From Ostrea edulis (lineage: Eukaryota): DNA of 64,000 bases. This document shows, in pieces, positions 11,813-23,312 of the stretch; position 1 is the stretch's first letter; every line of letters starts with the position of its first letter. The stretch lies in assembly GCF_947568905.1 (NCBI RefSeq), contig NC_079169.1:12958001-13022000 (forward strand), in the 5' to 3' direction. The notes under the pieces are model-generated. The model worked only from the letters and a program-made list of their open reading frames with translations. It was not told the DNA's origin and ran no database searches. A program made the translations under genes and the position numbers.

Positions 11813-13501
11813 CTAATAAACACAGACACATGGCTTTCCCTGAAAGAAGAAAATACCTGTAGAGTATTTTACAATGTCAAATCACAGCTTACCTAGCTGA
11901 TTCATCACATGCCTTTATAATTTTATAAAAATAGCATATTTTATATGTATATGTCATACCAATATTCTCCTTATATTGATAATCGTAACAAGTTTTCCAT
12001 TATCAGAATTAATGCATATTCAATTGAGCAAAATCGCATTCTTACCATTGGTTTCTCACAAACGTAGTAGTTGGCCGTTTGACAGCTGTCCACGTGCCAG
12101 TGATATTTATAGGACCTCCAGAATGTTCCACAGTTGTAGTCACCAGTAGTGTGGTAAACTGGTTCCTGGCCGTACCAGTCAAATTTGTGACATGGCTTTA
12201 CGATGAATCCCCAGCACCATCTGTGTTTGTTTGGTCTCAGAACGTCATTCAATGCCATCCATGCTCCTCTTCGGTCTAATAAGTAGACATCAAATTTACA
12301 GTGCCTTAGCAAGATTTGCAAACTAAAAAGAAATAGTTGAAACGTTACAAAATTATTAGATGTGATGAAAATGCTTACATCCATAGACACTCAACATGTG
12401 CCTGACGAAGGTGTTTTCGTGGGACTGATCAACTGAGACGAGATATCCTCCCATAGCAGCGCATCTCATCTAAGATATATAACAATTACATGTATTTTCC
12501 CCATTGGATATCTTGTGTGCAATACCAAAAGTGGTTAATTCTGTAGGTCAGCAATAGCAACTTATACCCCAGAAAGACCATCGTACGGGAAATTTTTAAA
12601 ACAAAACTTGGTAATACGTGACAATATTTAATAATGATGATAATGTAGTTTTTCTAATGTCTTATTACAGGCAATAGAAAGATTATTCATATCAGAGTTA
12701 TCCTTTCCAATAACAATTCAACGAACCCGCATTACCATATCACTTGAATCATACATAGGCAATGGTAATGGCCTAAATTGCTGACTCTATATAGATAATC
12801 ACACAGACTACCCATGTCTATTTTTAACGGATATATTGTGACAAACTTTGAGAACGCATGGCGTCGTGACGGTTCCAACTTACAGAGGCTCTGTACCAGT
12901 TGAGCTTGTCTCTGCTGAACCAGTAACAACGTTTGTTGTACTGATGCCATCCGTAGGGACATCCACCGGAAGTGATCTTGGCAGCGGCGTACTTGAAGGC
13001 ACTGTACCTCGGTCTGTTTCCATAACTCGCAAGAGAAACTGAAATCAATGTTGAACTATCATAATGTATGCAGGAATGATGTGTTCAAAATATTACCTAA
13101 GGGAAGACGCATAAAGGGTGCAAATGGAACAAGCAAACATTTTTAGACGCAAATGTTGCCAACCAAATGGGAGGGTTCATTGTAACCCTTCTAGACCAGT
13201 CACTAAGTGATAATCTCACTTCATCATCAACGTCAAAGTATGAAAACTGCTGCATTAATTCAAATTGATCTAAAGTCATATAATTACTTGACGTCGGCGC
13301 CCAATAGTTCACATTCTAACAGTAACAAATATGATCACACGCTGGAACCTGATCTGTAAATACTTAATTACACTGATTTCTGACAATCATTGCGACTTGT
13401 AGTAAATGTATTAGATATTGAAAAACACACATTTTTTTAACATTTGACTTACCACTGACGACGGCCGATATCAGAAGGAGAGCTAGAACCAAGGAGTTCA
13501 T
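11813..13501 (-). CDS. Secreted C-type lectin-domain protein, subfamily A, copy A2 (183 aa)
   Basis: Exons 13501-13453 (MNSLVLALLLISAVVS), 13038-12884, 12469-12379, 12275-12046, 11839-11813 (GKPCVCVY*); AATAAA on the minus strand at 11794-11799. Confidence 0.92.
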
Positions 13502-13855
13502 GTTGTACGGTGCTGTGTAGAAACTTGCTGGTGTTTGAAACTTTCAGAGGTTTATATATATGTGGATACTTCGATCATTGCACAGGTAATTCCATGTATT
13601 GCAATATGTCAACTCCTTAACAAGAGATTATCATCCTCCCTAATCCTCCGATACACCCATAAACACCAAATGTGTTATGCATATTAGGTAAATTCTATCT
13701 GAATCAGCTAATACGATTTACAAACATGGTTATTTGTTTATTCTAAACTCGAAAAAGGCGTTACTATCTACAAGTAACACTAGTCAAAAGGATAGGCCTC
13801 AGTCGTATAAAAGCTGAGATAGTAGGGACCTTGGTTCATACTGTAAGTTTCAGTC
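13502..13855. promoter_or_regulatory. Bidirectional promoter region A2/B2
   Basis: 354 bp between divergent ATGs; minus-strand TATATATAAA at 13551-13560 and plus-strand TATAAAA at 13806-13812. Confidence 0.7.
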
Positions 13856-15459
13856 ATGAATTGCTTACTTGCTGTCTCAGTGCTTGTAGCTGTAGCTATA
13901 GGTAAAAAAAACATTAACAGCAAGACCTGTTAATAATGTTATTAATGCTAGCACTAATTTCATTTCGGAAAAGTGACGATGATATCATTGACAAAATCAT
14001 TTGTTGTTACAGTTGAGGGTAGCTATAACTTTGCTCCAAAGTACGGTAAGTTTGGATATGTTGCCGCCAAGGTAGCTGCTGGAAGCTGTCCTTATGGATG
14101 GAGTCTATATCACGGGAGCTGTTATTATTTCAGTAGAGACAGACTGACCTGGTGGCAAGCCTCTGTAATTATCAGATTTTATATTTTAAGGCGTAGTTGA
14201 AATCATTTTCTTATTTTTATGTTAAGACGGAGATTTAAAAAGACTTCTTCGCTGTCTGAACTGAATTCTTTAGTCGTGTAGACTCGTCGTGTTCTTGTCG
14301 TGAAGGAAACATCCTTTGGTTATAATAACTGACAGTGAGCCAAATGTTTATGCAGTGATTGTCTTGATAAAGAAGGATTATGGCAACATTATTTTATTTC
14401 TTAAATTTAATACATTCAAGATGAAATGCGCTTCCATGGGAGGTTTCTTGTGTAATATCGATGCAGCGCACGAAAACACCTACGTCAGACATCACCTAGC
14501 GATGTATGGAGGTACGTGAAGAGCTAAAACTTCATAAAAGATTAAAGGATATACTAGCTATTTCTGATATACACATCAAAACATTATGTGATTTCTCTCT
14601 ATTTTTTGTTATTTCCATGTTGAAATAGATAAAAACTAAATCTTGCAAACCAGAATACAACGTCAAGAGTCATTGCCTTTTTCTAAAAATGACAATACTT
14701 CAGTAAAACAGTAGCATACTACTCATGAGCCTTATGCGTTGGTTAAAACTATATTCTTGTACTGTGTATGTGGCATGCGGTCCATAATTTTTTTATTTGA
14801 AAAATAGCATTGTTGCTATTTGAATTAGTTACGTATTGTATATTCATAACTACTTGCTGCTTAACTTCGTACATTTTACCTGTATAGATTCATACACCTA
14901 ACCGTGTACGTTACAAACTACAAAAATTGACGTCAAATTTGTAAACCTAATTATTTATGCAAAATATTTAACGAAAAGGTTAGACATGACAAAATTCTAA
15001 AATTAAGGTCCCTATCTTGATTTTGCTAAAGGAGGTAGCTGTATAGATAGAAACTACAAATGTTTGTCCACCCTTTATTAACTTTATAAATGTCTGTTGA
15101 TAGTGTCCCCTGGAGCTTGGATGGGACTGAATGACTGTCTGTACCCTAACGCTCACAGATGGAGTTGGGGATTCACAAATAAGCGATGCCATAAATTTGA
15201 TTGGTATGGTAACGAGCCCATTTACCACAAATCTGGCGACTGGAACTGTGGTGTCTTCTGGTCCAGTTATAAATACCACTGGCACGTGGACAGCTGTGCG
15301 CAAACGAATTACTACGTCTGCGAAATGAGACTGGTAATTTTCTATTCATATTTGTATTATCGAATACTTTCAGTTTTAATCAAAATATCTCAACGATGAA
15401 TATGATAATCAAATGCTTTCTCTCTTTTTTAGGGAAAACCTTGCAAATGCCAATACTAA
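13856..15459 (+). CDS. Secreted C-type lectin-domain protein, subfamily B, copy B2 (181 aa)
   Basis: Exons 13856-13901 (MNCLLAVSVLVAVAI), 14013-14164, 14421-14511, 15104-15333, 15433-15459 (GKPCKCQY*); three AATAAA within 40 nt after the stop. Confidence 0.92.
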
Positions 15460-15522
15460 TTGTAATAAATGTTTGTAATAAATATGTGGTAAATAAAATG
15501 ATGTTTTACCTTTGTGTAATAT

Positions 15523-16820
15523 GGATCCAGTAAGTGCTCTACCAAGCCACTATCTTTGCTCCTCACGAAAATGTCAACAGCTGTGAAGGAGAAACTTCAA
15601 ACTTACTGTGCGACTACATATGCCAGAAGTGGTGTTAATCAAATGTGGATTCTAAAAAATTCTAAAGAACTTTTAGTAAACTTGAAATCACAGAATTTTT
15701 CCCAAATCAATAGCATTAAAACCTATGACTTTTCAACACTATACACGACCATTCCTCACGATAAATTAAAAACTAGACTTTTTGACATCATAGACAGTTG
15801 CTTCTTCAACAAAAACGGAAAACGGAAATATTCATATCTAGTGATCAGTCATTCAAAAACTTACTTTGTTAAACACCACTCTGATTCCACGCACAAGTAC
15901 TCTGAAGTTGAAATAAAAAATATGCTAGAGTTCCTCATTGACAATATCTTCGTGGTCTTTGGTGATCAGGTCTTCCAACAGTCTGTTGGAATTCCCATGG
16001 GCACGAATTGTGCTCCTTTGTTAGCTGACCTGTTTTTATATTCATATGAAGCAGAATTTATTCAAAAACTTCTACGTGCGAAGAAAAAATCTCTCGCTGT
16101 GACCTTCAATTCGACTTTTAGATATATCGATGACGTTTTGTCTATTAACAATGATAGCTTTCATTCATATGTCGATTTGATATATCCCTGTGAGCTCGAA
16201 ATAAAGGACACCACAGAGTCGTCCACTTCTGCTTCATACTTAGATATTTTATTGAAAGTAGACATTAACGGCAAACTAACAACTCAATTGTATGACAAAC
16301 GGGATGATTTCAGCTTCTCCATCGTCAACTTCCCACATTTATGTAGCAATATTCCATTATCACCTGCATATGGTGTTTATATATCTCAACTGATTCGATA
16401 TGTAAGAGCTTGTTCTGGGTATAGTCAGTTTTTAAATCGAGGTAAGCTACTGACAAACAAGTTGATGGTACAGGGATTTCAACATTCTCGATTGAAGTCA
16501 GCATTTCGCAAATTCTATGGTCGTTATAACGATCTAGTTCGTCAATACAACCTCGCATTGGGTCAAATGCTGTCTGACGTGTTTCATACCGATTGTTAAG
16601 CCGTTCTTGGCACACTGATTTTGACTGCGGATTACTCCGTTTACCTGATCAGGATATGGGGCTCACGTCGGGTGTGACCGGTCAACAGGGGATGCTTACT
16701 CCTCCTGGGCACCTGATCCCACCTCTGGTGTGTCCAGGGGTCCGTGTTTGCCCAACTATCTATTTTGTATTGCTTGTAGGAGTTATGAGATTGACCACTG
16801 TTCGTTATCTTCACCTTGCA
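15523..16820 (+). mobile_element. 5'-truncated Penelope-like retroelement (Naiad-type, RT at the C-terminus), young copy
   Basis: Open frame from GSSKCSTKPLS (15523) to DVFHTDC* (16599), then a ~220-nt 3' UTR. There is no GIY-YIG domain after RT, which fits the N-terminal-endonuclease PLE clade (Naiad); the endonuclease itself is not in the window. Confidence 0.85.
15556..16599 (+). CDS. PLE reverse transcriptase, 5'-truncated ORF
   Basis: Motifs TYDFSTLYT (A), QQSVGIPMGTNCAPLLADLFL (B'), FRYIDD (C), LYDKRDDF and thumb region; no internal stops; first ATG at 15571. Confidence 0.8.
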   Translation: MLLTKMSTAVKEKLQTYCATTYARSGVNQMWILKNSKELLVNLKSQNFSQINSIKTYDFSTLYTTIPHDKLKTRLFDIIDSCFFNKNGKRKYSYLVISHSKTYFVKHHSDSTHKYSEVEIKNMLEFLIDNIFVVFGDQVFQQSVGIPMGTNCAPLLADLFLYSYEAEFIQKLLRAKKKSLAVTFNSTFRYIDDVLSINNDSFHSYVDLIYPCELEIKDTTESSTSASYLDILLKVDINGKLTTQLYDKRDDFSFSIVNFPHLCSNIPLSPAYGVYISQLIRYVRACSGYSQFLNRGKLLTNKLMVQGFQHSRLKSAFRKFYGRYNDLVRQYNLALGQMLSDVFHTDC

Positions 16821-16874
16821 TAATGGACATGTTATTGACGGATGTAATCAGATCAACATTTATTATAGTAATGA

Positions 16875-18160
16875 AACGGTGAAGAAAAAGAACAGTGATC
16901 AATCTCATACCTCCTATAAGGAATAAACGAATAAAGAGTTGGGCAAACACGGAGCCCCTGGATATACCAGAGGTGGGGTCAGGTGCCTAGGAGGAGCAAG
17001 CATCACCTATCTGTGGTATCTTTTATCTAGAGTTCCCAGGCATATATCGAATCAACATATGGATGAAAAGCATTATTGTTAACATATACAACGTCGTAGG
17101 CATATCTAAATATCTAGATACATGTACATCTGCAGAAAGGAAAGGTCTTCTAAAATATAGAATTCTAGTAATGGGCCTTACAACAGAAAGGTCTTCTACG
17201 AGCTATGTCAGCTAGATCCAGTACACATTTCTCGTGAAAGGTGAAGATAACGAACAGTAATCAATCTCGTAACTCATATAAGCAATATGAATTAGAGTTG
17301 GGCAGACACGGATCCCTGGATATACCATAGGTGGGTCAGGTGCCTAGGAGGAGTAAGCATCCCCTGTCCACCGGTCACACCCGCCATGAACCCTATATCT
17401 TGATCAGGTAAACAGAGTTATCCGTAATCAAGATAAATGAGCCAAGAACGGCCTAACAATCGGTGTGAAACAAGTCAGATAACAATTGACCCAATGATAG
17501 GTTGTATTGACAAACTAAATTGTTATAACGACCAGAGTTTCGCGAAATACTTACTTTAAGCAAGACTGTTGTAAACCCTGCACCATCAACTTGTTTGTCA
17601 GTAGCCTGTATCGATTTTAAAACTGATCATACGCAGAACAAGCTTTTGCGTATCAAATCAGTTGAGATATACAAACACCATATGAAGGTGATAATGAAAT
17701 ATTGCTACATGAATATGGGGAGTTAATGATGGAGAAGCTGAAATCATCCCGTTTATCACAACGTTGAGTTGTTAGTTTGCCATTAACATCTATTTTCAAT
17801 AATATATCAAGTATGAAGCAGAAATGGACGACTCAATGGTGTCTTTTATTTCGATTTGACAGGGATATATTGAATCGACATACGAATGAAAATTATTAAT
17901 GTTGACAGATACTGCGTTGTCGATATATTTAAATGGCGAATTGAAGGGCACAGTAAGATATGTTTTCTTCTCACGCAGAATTTTTTTTAATAGATTCTGC
18001 TTCATAAGAATATAATAACAGGTCAGCTAACAAAGGAGCACAATGCGTGCCCATGGGAATTCCAACAGACTGTGGGAAGACCTGATCACCAAAGACCACG
18101 AAGATAATGTCAATGAGGAACTCGGACATTTTTTTAATATTTCAACTTCAGAGTACTTGT
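16875..18160 (-). mobile_element. Inverted Naiad-type fragments: 3' UTR copy (~16875-17010) and degenerate RT plus UTR copy (17235-18160)
   Basis: Reverse complement of the family tail (GGTGAAGATAACGAACAG...) and of RT sequence (PFNSPFKYIDNAVS = FNSTFRYIDDVLS). Confidence 0.85.
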
Positions 18161-18939
18161 GCATCAATCAGAGTGAGGTTTAACAAAGTAGTGTTTTTGA
18201 TGACTGATCACTAGAAATGAATATTTCCGCTTTGTGATATACGGGCTCGCTACCATACCAGTCAAACTTGTGACACTTCTTCTTGCTGAATCCCCAATTC
18301 CACCTGTGGGCGTTCGGATACAGACAGTCGTTCAAACCCATCCAAGCTCCAGGGCTGACTATCAACAAACATTGACACAAGTTAAAAATATCTGCATCTA
18401 GTTTTCAAATATCAACAACAAAACTTAAAAGAGTATATGCACAAAAAAGATAAGAAGCGATAAGAACCAATTCTGCTTCTGAACTTTTTTGTAGATATAT
18501 TTTGTTATTTGTGTGAAATGTGAAGATAACGAATAGTGATCATCTCACAATTCCTACAAGCAATACAAAATAGATAATTGGGGAAACACGGATCCCTGGA
18601 CACACCAGAAGTGGGATCAGGTACCTAGGAGGAGTAAGCATCCCATGTCGGGGTTAGGATTAGTGTGAAATTTAGCAATTCACTCTGGTGTGTCCAGGGT
18701 TCCGTGTTTGCCCAACTATCTATTTTGTATTGCTTATAGGAGTTGTGAAATTGATCACTGTTCGTTATCTTCACCTTACATGTAATCAGACAGAAAATTA
18801 ACACTTTATTTTACCGAAATTGATTCAGATTTGAAATAGCATAGCACAACACTTTGTTGTTATGAAATTACATTTTTCTTAGAAATTGTCAAATCTGTGG
18901 TCTTTCAAGGCAGTTTTGGAAATAATCAAAGAGTTGTAT

Positions 18940-19155
18940 GCTTCATTTCAAAATTAAGGATTATCTCCGTCATGTATAGCTCTGATCCGTAGACGAATTT
19001 GACTCCGTTCTTTGGCACTCTGTTTTTCTTTTAGTTCTTACAAGTTTATTGTTATTTCGGATTTCCAATATTTCGGCTTGAGCATCACTGAAGGGACATT
19101 ATTTGTCGAAATGTGCCTCTGGTGCATAAAAATTAGTACCGTATAAGTTTTACAT
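18940..19155 (+). repeat. Interspersed repeat (possibly non-autonomous Helitron-like); inverted copy at 19809-19990, further copy at 56361-56771
   Basis: Shared core GAGCATCACTGAAG(A/G)GACATTATTTGTCGAAATG; the superfamily assignment is a guess. Confidence 0.6.
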
Positions 19156-19335
19156 CAACAAATTATGTGTTTATAAATATGCAATATCAAGATACTTGAT
19201 TTGGTAGTAATCAAGGCATGAGGTCAATTCCTTCTTATGCGAAACAGCTCAAAAACATGTCAATCCTTGACCATTTGAATAGCAGAAAATGAACATATAT
19301 AAGACTTGCAATGCATGATTATGTTTTGAAATTAC

Positions 19336-19808
19336 ATTCATATGAAGCAGAATTTATTTAAAAACTTCTACGTGAGAAGAAAAAATCTCTCGCTGTGACC
19401 TTCAATTCGACTTTTAGATATATCGATGACGTTTTGTCTATTAACAATGATAGCTTTCATTCATATGTCGATTTGATATATCCCTGTGAGCTCGAAATAA
19501 AGGACACCACAGAGTCGTCCACTTCTGCTTCATACTTAGATATTTTATTGAAATTAGACATTAACGGCAAACTGACAACTCAACTGTATGACAAACGGGA
19601 TGATTTCAGCTTCTCCATCGTCAACTTCCCACATTTATGTAGCAATATTCCATTATCACCTGCATATGGTGTTTATATATCTCAACTGATTAGATATGTA
19701 AGAGCTTGTTCTGGGTATAGTCAGTTTTTAAATCGAGGTAAGCTACTGACAAACAAGTTGATGGTACAGGGATTTCAACAGTCTCGATTGAAGTCAGCAT
19801 TTCGCAAA
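19336..19808 (+). mobile_element. Young internal Naiad-type RT fragment in intron 3 of B3
   Basis: Almost identical to ~16040-16510 (FNSTFRYIDDVLSINND...SAFRK). Confidence 0.9.
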
Positions 19809-20584
19809 CAAATAATGCCTCTTCAGTGATGCTCAAGCCGAAATTTTGGAAATTCGAAATGACAGAAAACTTGTAAGAGCAACAAGGAAAACTAGAGTGC
19901 CAAAAAACTGGAGCCAAATTCGTCCAATGACCAGAGCTATGCATGAGGGAGATATAATCCTTAATTTTGAAATGAATTTCGAAATTCTATCCAAGCAATT
20001 TTACTCAACATGCCTCCATACATGGCCAGGTGATGTCTGACGTAAGTGTTTTCGTGGGCCTCGTCAACATTGCACAAAAAACCACCCATGGAAGCACATT
20101 TCATCTGAAATATCATACGACTTCTTCTGTTTCAAATGTCTTAATAATGTATTACTAAAATGGCATGGCCAGTCATACCGTGATAGATAAAAGTTTATTA
20201 AATGATATTGCTCAATTGTAACTGACATTGTCGTTGACATTTTGATATTAGAAGGAATCAAGACTACAGTTAGTAGTTACAGAGGCTTGCCACCAGGTCA
20301 GTCTATCTCTACTGAAATAATAGCAGCTCCCGTGATATAGACTCCATCCATAAGGACAGCTCCCTGCAGCTATTTTGGCGGCAACATATCCAAACTTACC
20401 GTACTTGGGAGCATAGTTATAACTACCCTCAACTACAAAGGAATACCGATGTAGCATTAACATGCAGTTAGTTATTATATAGATATAATGATAATAAAAT
20501 TGATATAACGCCTTTTTATATGGCGAAGAAACCAGGGAATACTTCAATGACCACTATTACGAAGAAAGCAAGAAAGCTGTTCAT

Positions 20585-20987
20585 CTTTTCCTTCCTGTAA
20601 AGAAAATAAACGGAGGATCCCTGCTTATATATCTACCTCTATCGCCGCTCAACACATCCCTACAGCAGCATAGGAACGCCCTTTCCATGTTAATCCTGCT
20701 TCATTACTCCCAGTGAGATTGTTGCCTAAGATAATTTGAACGATACTGACACCTGTTTTTTATAGATCTAAATCAATACGATATAATAGGATTATAGGCT
20801 TTAGGTATTGTTGTCAACAGAAACATACCATAAGAAATAATGTACATTGTTGAAAAACCAGATAGAGGTGTTTCCGTTACTGTATGTAGGTTTCGGTCGT
20901 TTTTCAATGTCTACAACATTGATTTTTTTTCTGAACGGTATATATATAAGGAAAACGTGAGTTCGAACATCGAGAAGGATCCCATTG
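20585..20987. promoter_or_regulatory. Bidirectional promoter region B3/A3
   Basis: 403 bp between ATGs; minus-strand TATATAA at 20625-20631 and plus-strand TATATATATAAG at 20939-20950. Confidence 0.6.
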
Positions 20988-21618
20988 ATGAGCAGAATGT
21001 TTGCCTTTGTTGTCTTGGTTTCTACTTTCCTGGCTGGTACGTATACATCAATAAGATCCTTAAGGAAAATCTTGCAAAAAAAACTTCGAATGTAGGAATG
21101 AAAGTGCCAGCAGGGTGCGCATATGTTATAGAGATCTATAACGTAATTCCTTTATGGAAACCTTGCGAGTATTCCTCGGTGAACAATAGAATATTCTTAA
21201 AATAGTATGTTGTAATGTAAATAGTAGTAAAATTGGTCGAATTTAGATTTGAATTTTAAACTAGTAAATAACTCGACCACTTGAAATGGGTCTGCAATAG
21301 TTTTAGAGCAAAGTTTGTGGCACTTCAGTTATAGCTAATGGCGCTTCTGTAAACATTAGAAAATTGTTCTGCATCTAAAACATAACTTTGGCAACCAAAG
21401 CCCCTTTGAATGAATATAAAATTTATTTAATTGTCAACTAAAATAAAGCTGCATATATTGCATTTTAATTGGAGCAGAAATTGACATCATCGATAGACTT
21501 ACTAAAATTTAAGAAATGAAAAGTTTGATTAGTTTTTTTCTAATTTTAAACAAAAGCCCAAATTTATTATTCATCAAATTAAGACGTAGAAACATGCACA
21601 TTTGAAAAGGGCACACGA

Positions 21619-22480
21619 AAAGGCGACAATGACGAACAGTGATCAATGAAAGGTGAAGATAACGAACAATGATCAATCTCATAACTCGTATAAGCAATAC
21701 AAAATAGATAGTTGGGCAAACACGGACCCCCGAACACACTAGAGGTGGGACCAGCTGCCCAGGAGGAGTAAGCATCCCCTGTCCACCGACCACACCCACC
21801 GCGAGACACACATCCTGATCAGGCAAACGGAACCATCTGCAGTCAAAATCAGTGTGCCATGAACGGCTTAACAATCGGTATGATACACGCCAGACAGCAT
21901 TTGATCCAATGATAGATTGTACTGACGAACCAGACCGCCACATCGACCATAGCACTTGTAAAATGCTGACTTCTATCGAGACTGTTGAAACCCCTGTACC
22001 ATCAACTTGTTTGTCAGTAGCTTACCTCGATTTAAAAACTGATTATACATAGAACAAGCTCTTGCGTATCGAATCAGTTGAGATATATAAACACTATATG
22101 CAGGTGATAATGGAATATTGCTACATTGTACATAAATATGGGAAGTTGACGATGGAGAAGCTGAAATCATCCCGTTTGTCATACAGTTGAGTTGTCATAC
22201 ATGTCAGTTTGCCGTTAATGTCTACTTTCAATAAACTATCTAAGTATGAAGCAGAAGTGGACGACTCTATGGTGTCTCATAAATCTTATAAAGAATACAA
22301 AATGAAGAGTTGGAAAAAACCAAAGGGGGAGTAAGCATCCCCTTATTGGCTGGTCACACCCGCCTAAGCCTTAAATCTTGATCAGGTAAACGGAATAATC
22401 CATGGACAAAATCAGTATGTAAATAACGGCCTAACAATAAGTATGAAACATGTCAGAAATAACGCCCTAATGACAGGTTG
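21619..22480 (-). mobile_element. Naiad-type fragments in intron 1 of A3
   Basis: Reverse-complement RT thumb plus 3' UTR (21646-22278), an extra tail stub at 21619-21645 and a second UTR copy at ~22278-22480. Confidence 0.85.
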
Positions 22481-23189
22481 TAGATATACCTACTGGGTGC
22501 CTCGGATGGCATCAGTAAGATCGATCGATATTAACATATAATATATCTAACACTAGTGTTCATCTATTTCTGATAAGTATCTGATGCTAGCTACAACTAC
22601 GCTCCACGGTACAGTGCATTCAAGTACGCCGCTGCCAAGGTCACTTCCGGCGGATGTCCATACGGATGGCACCAGTACAACAACCGATGTTACTGGTTCA
22701 GCAGAGACAAGCTCAACTGGTACAGAGCATCAGTATGTATATCTCACTTAAATGTAGTAAACATGTAATCTTGTAAAATCTATAGAACTTCAACCGAAAA
22801 CATAATTAAAAGTAGAACTCTTAATTTTCGATATTCACAACAGAAATTAACAGCAACTCATCAAATGATATCCGACTATGGAAATAGTGATATGGAAATA
22901 AGTATGTTATCCTTTGATATTTGAAAAGTTAATATAATATGTAACAGTAAAATTAACTCAGTCATTACTGTGCACCTTTGTCGGTTCACGATAGATGAGA
23001 TGCGCTGCTATGGGAGGATACCTCGTCTCAGTTGGCCAGTCCCACGAAAACACCTACGTCAGGCATATGTTGAGTGTATATGGATGTAAGTCAATTCTAA
23101 TACTATCATGTACATTTGAAACGCAATTAAATTTTCAAATTCGGTAAGATAAGAAATATAATAGATGCTTTAGACCGAAGAGGAGCATG

Positions 23190-23312
23190 CAAAGTGAAGA
23201 TAACGAACAGTGATCAATCTCATAACTCCTACAAGCAATACAAAATAGATAGTTGGGCAAACACGGACCCCTGGACACACCAGAGGTGGGATCAGGTGCC
23301 TAGGAGGAGTAA
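23190..23312 (-). mobile_element. 123-bp Naiad-type 3' end inserted in A3 exon 4
   Basis: CAAAGTGAAGATAACGAACAG...GGAGGAGTAA flanked by GCATG at 23185-23189 and 23313-23317. Confidence 0.9.

Larger units (their letters stand above)
18227..20584 (-). pseudogene. Subfamily B lectin pseudogene B3
   Basis: Exon 1 20584-20533 (probable), exon 2 20432-20281, exon 3 20104-20014 with a GC donor; exon 4 starts at 18358 but homology stops after HKA (~18227); no exon 5 found. Confidence 0.8.

Noticed and set aside
15523-16599. Selenoprotein-type Naiad (in-frame TGA)
   Set aside because: No in-frame TGA in the intact RT frame; no SECIS recognised.
16600-16820. Hammerhead ribozyme in the PLE terminal region
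   Set aside because: The core is CTGATC rather than CTGATGA in most copies, and I could not place GAAA and the three stems.
16593-16823. Recurrent small ORFs such as MLTPPRHLIPPLVCPGVRVCP... and MCQERLNNRYETRQTAFDPM...
   Set aside because: Translations of the PLE 3' UTR or antisense RT; start and stop positions are not conserved between copies.
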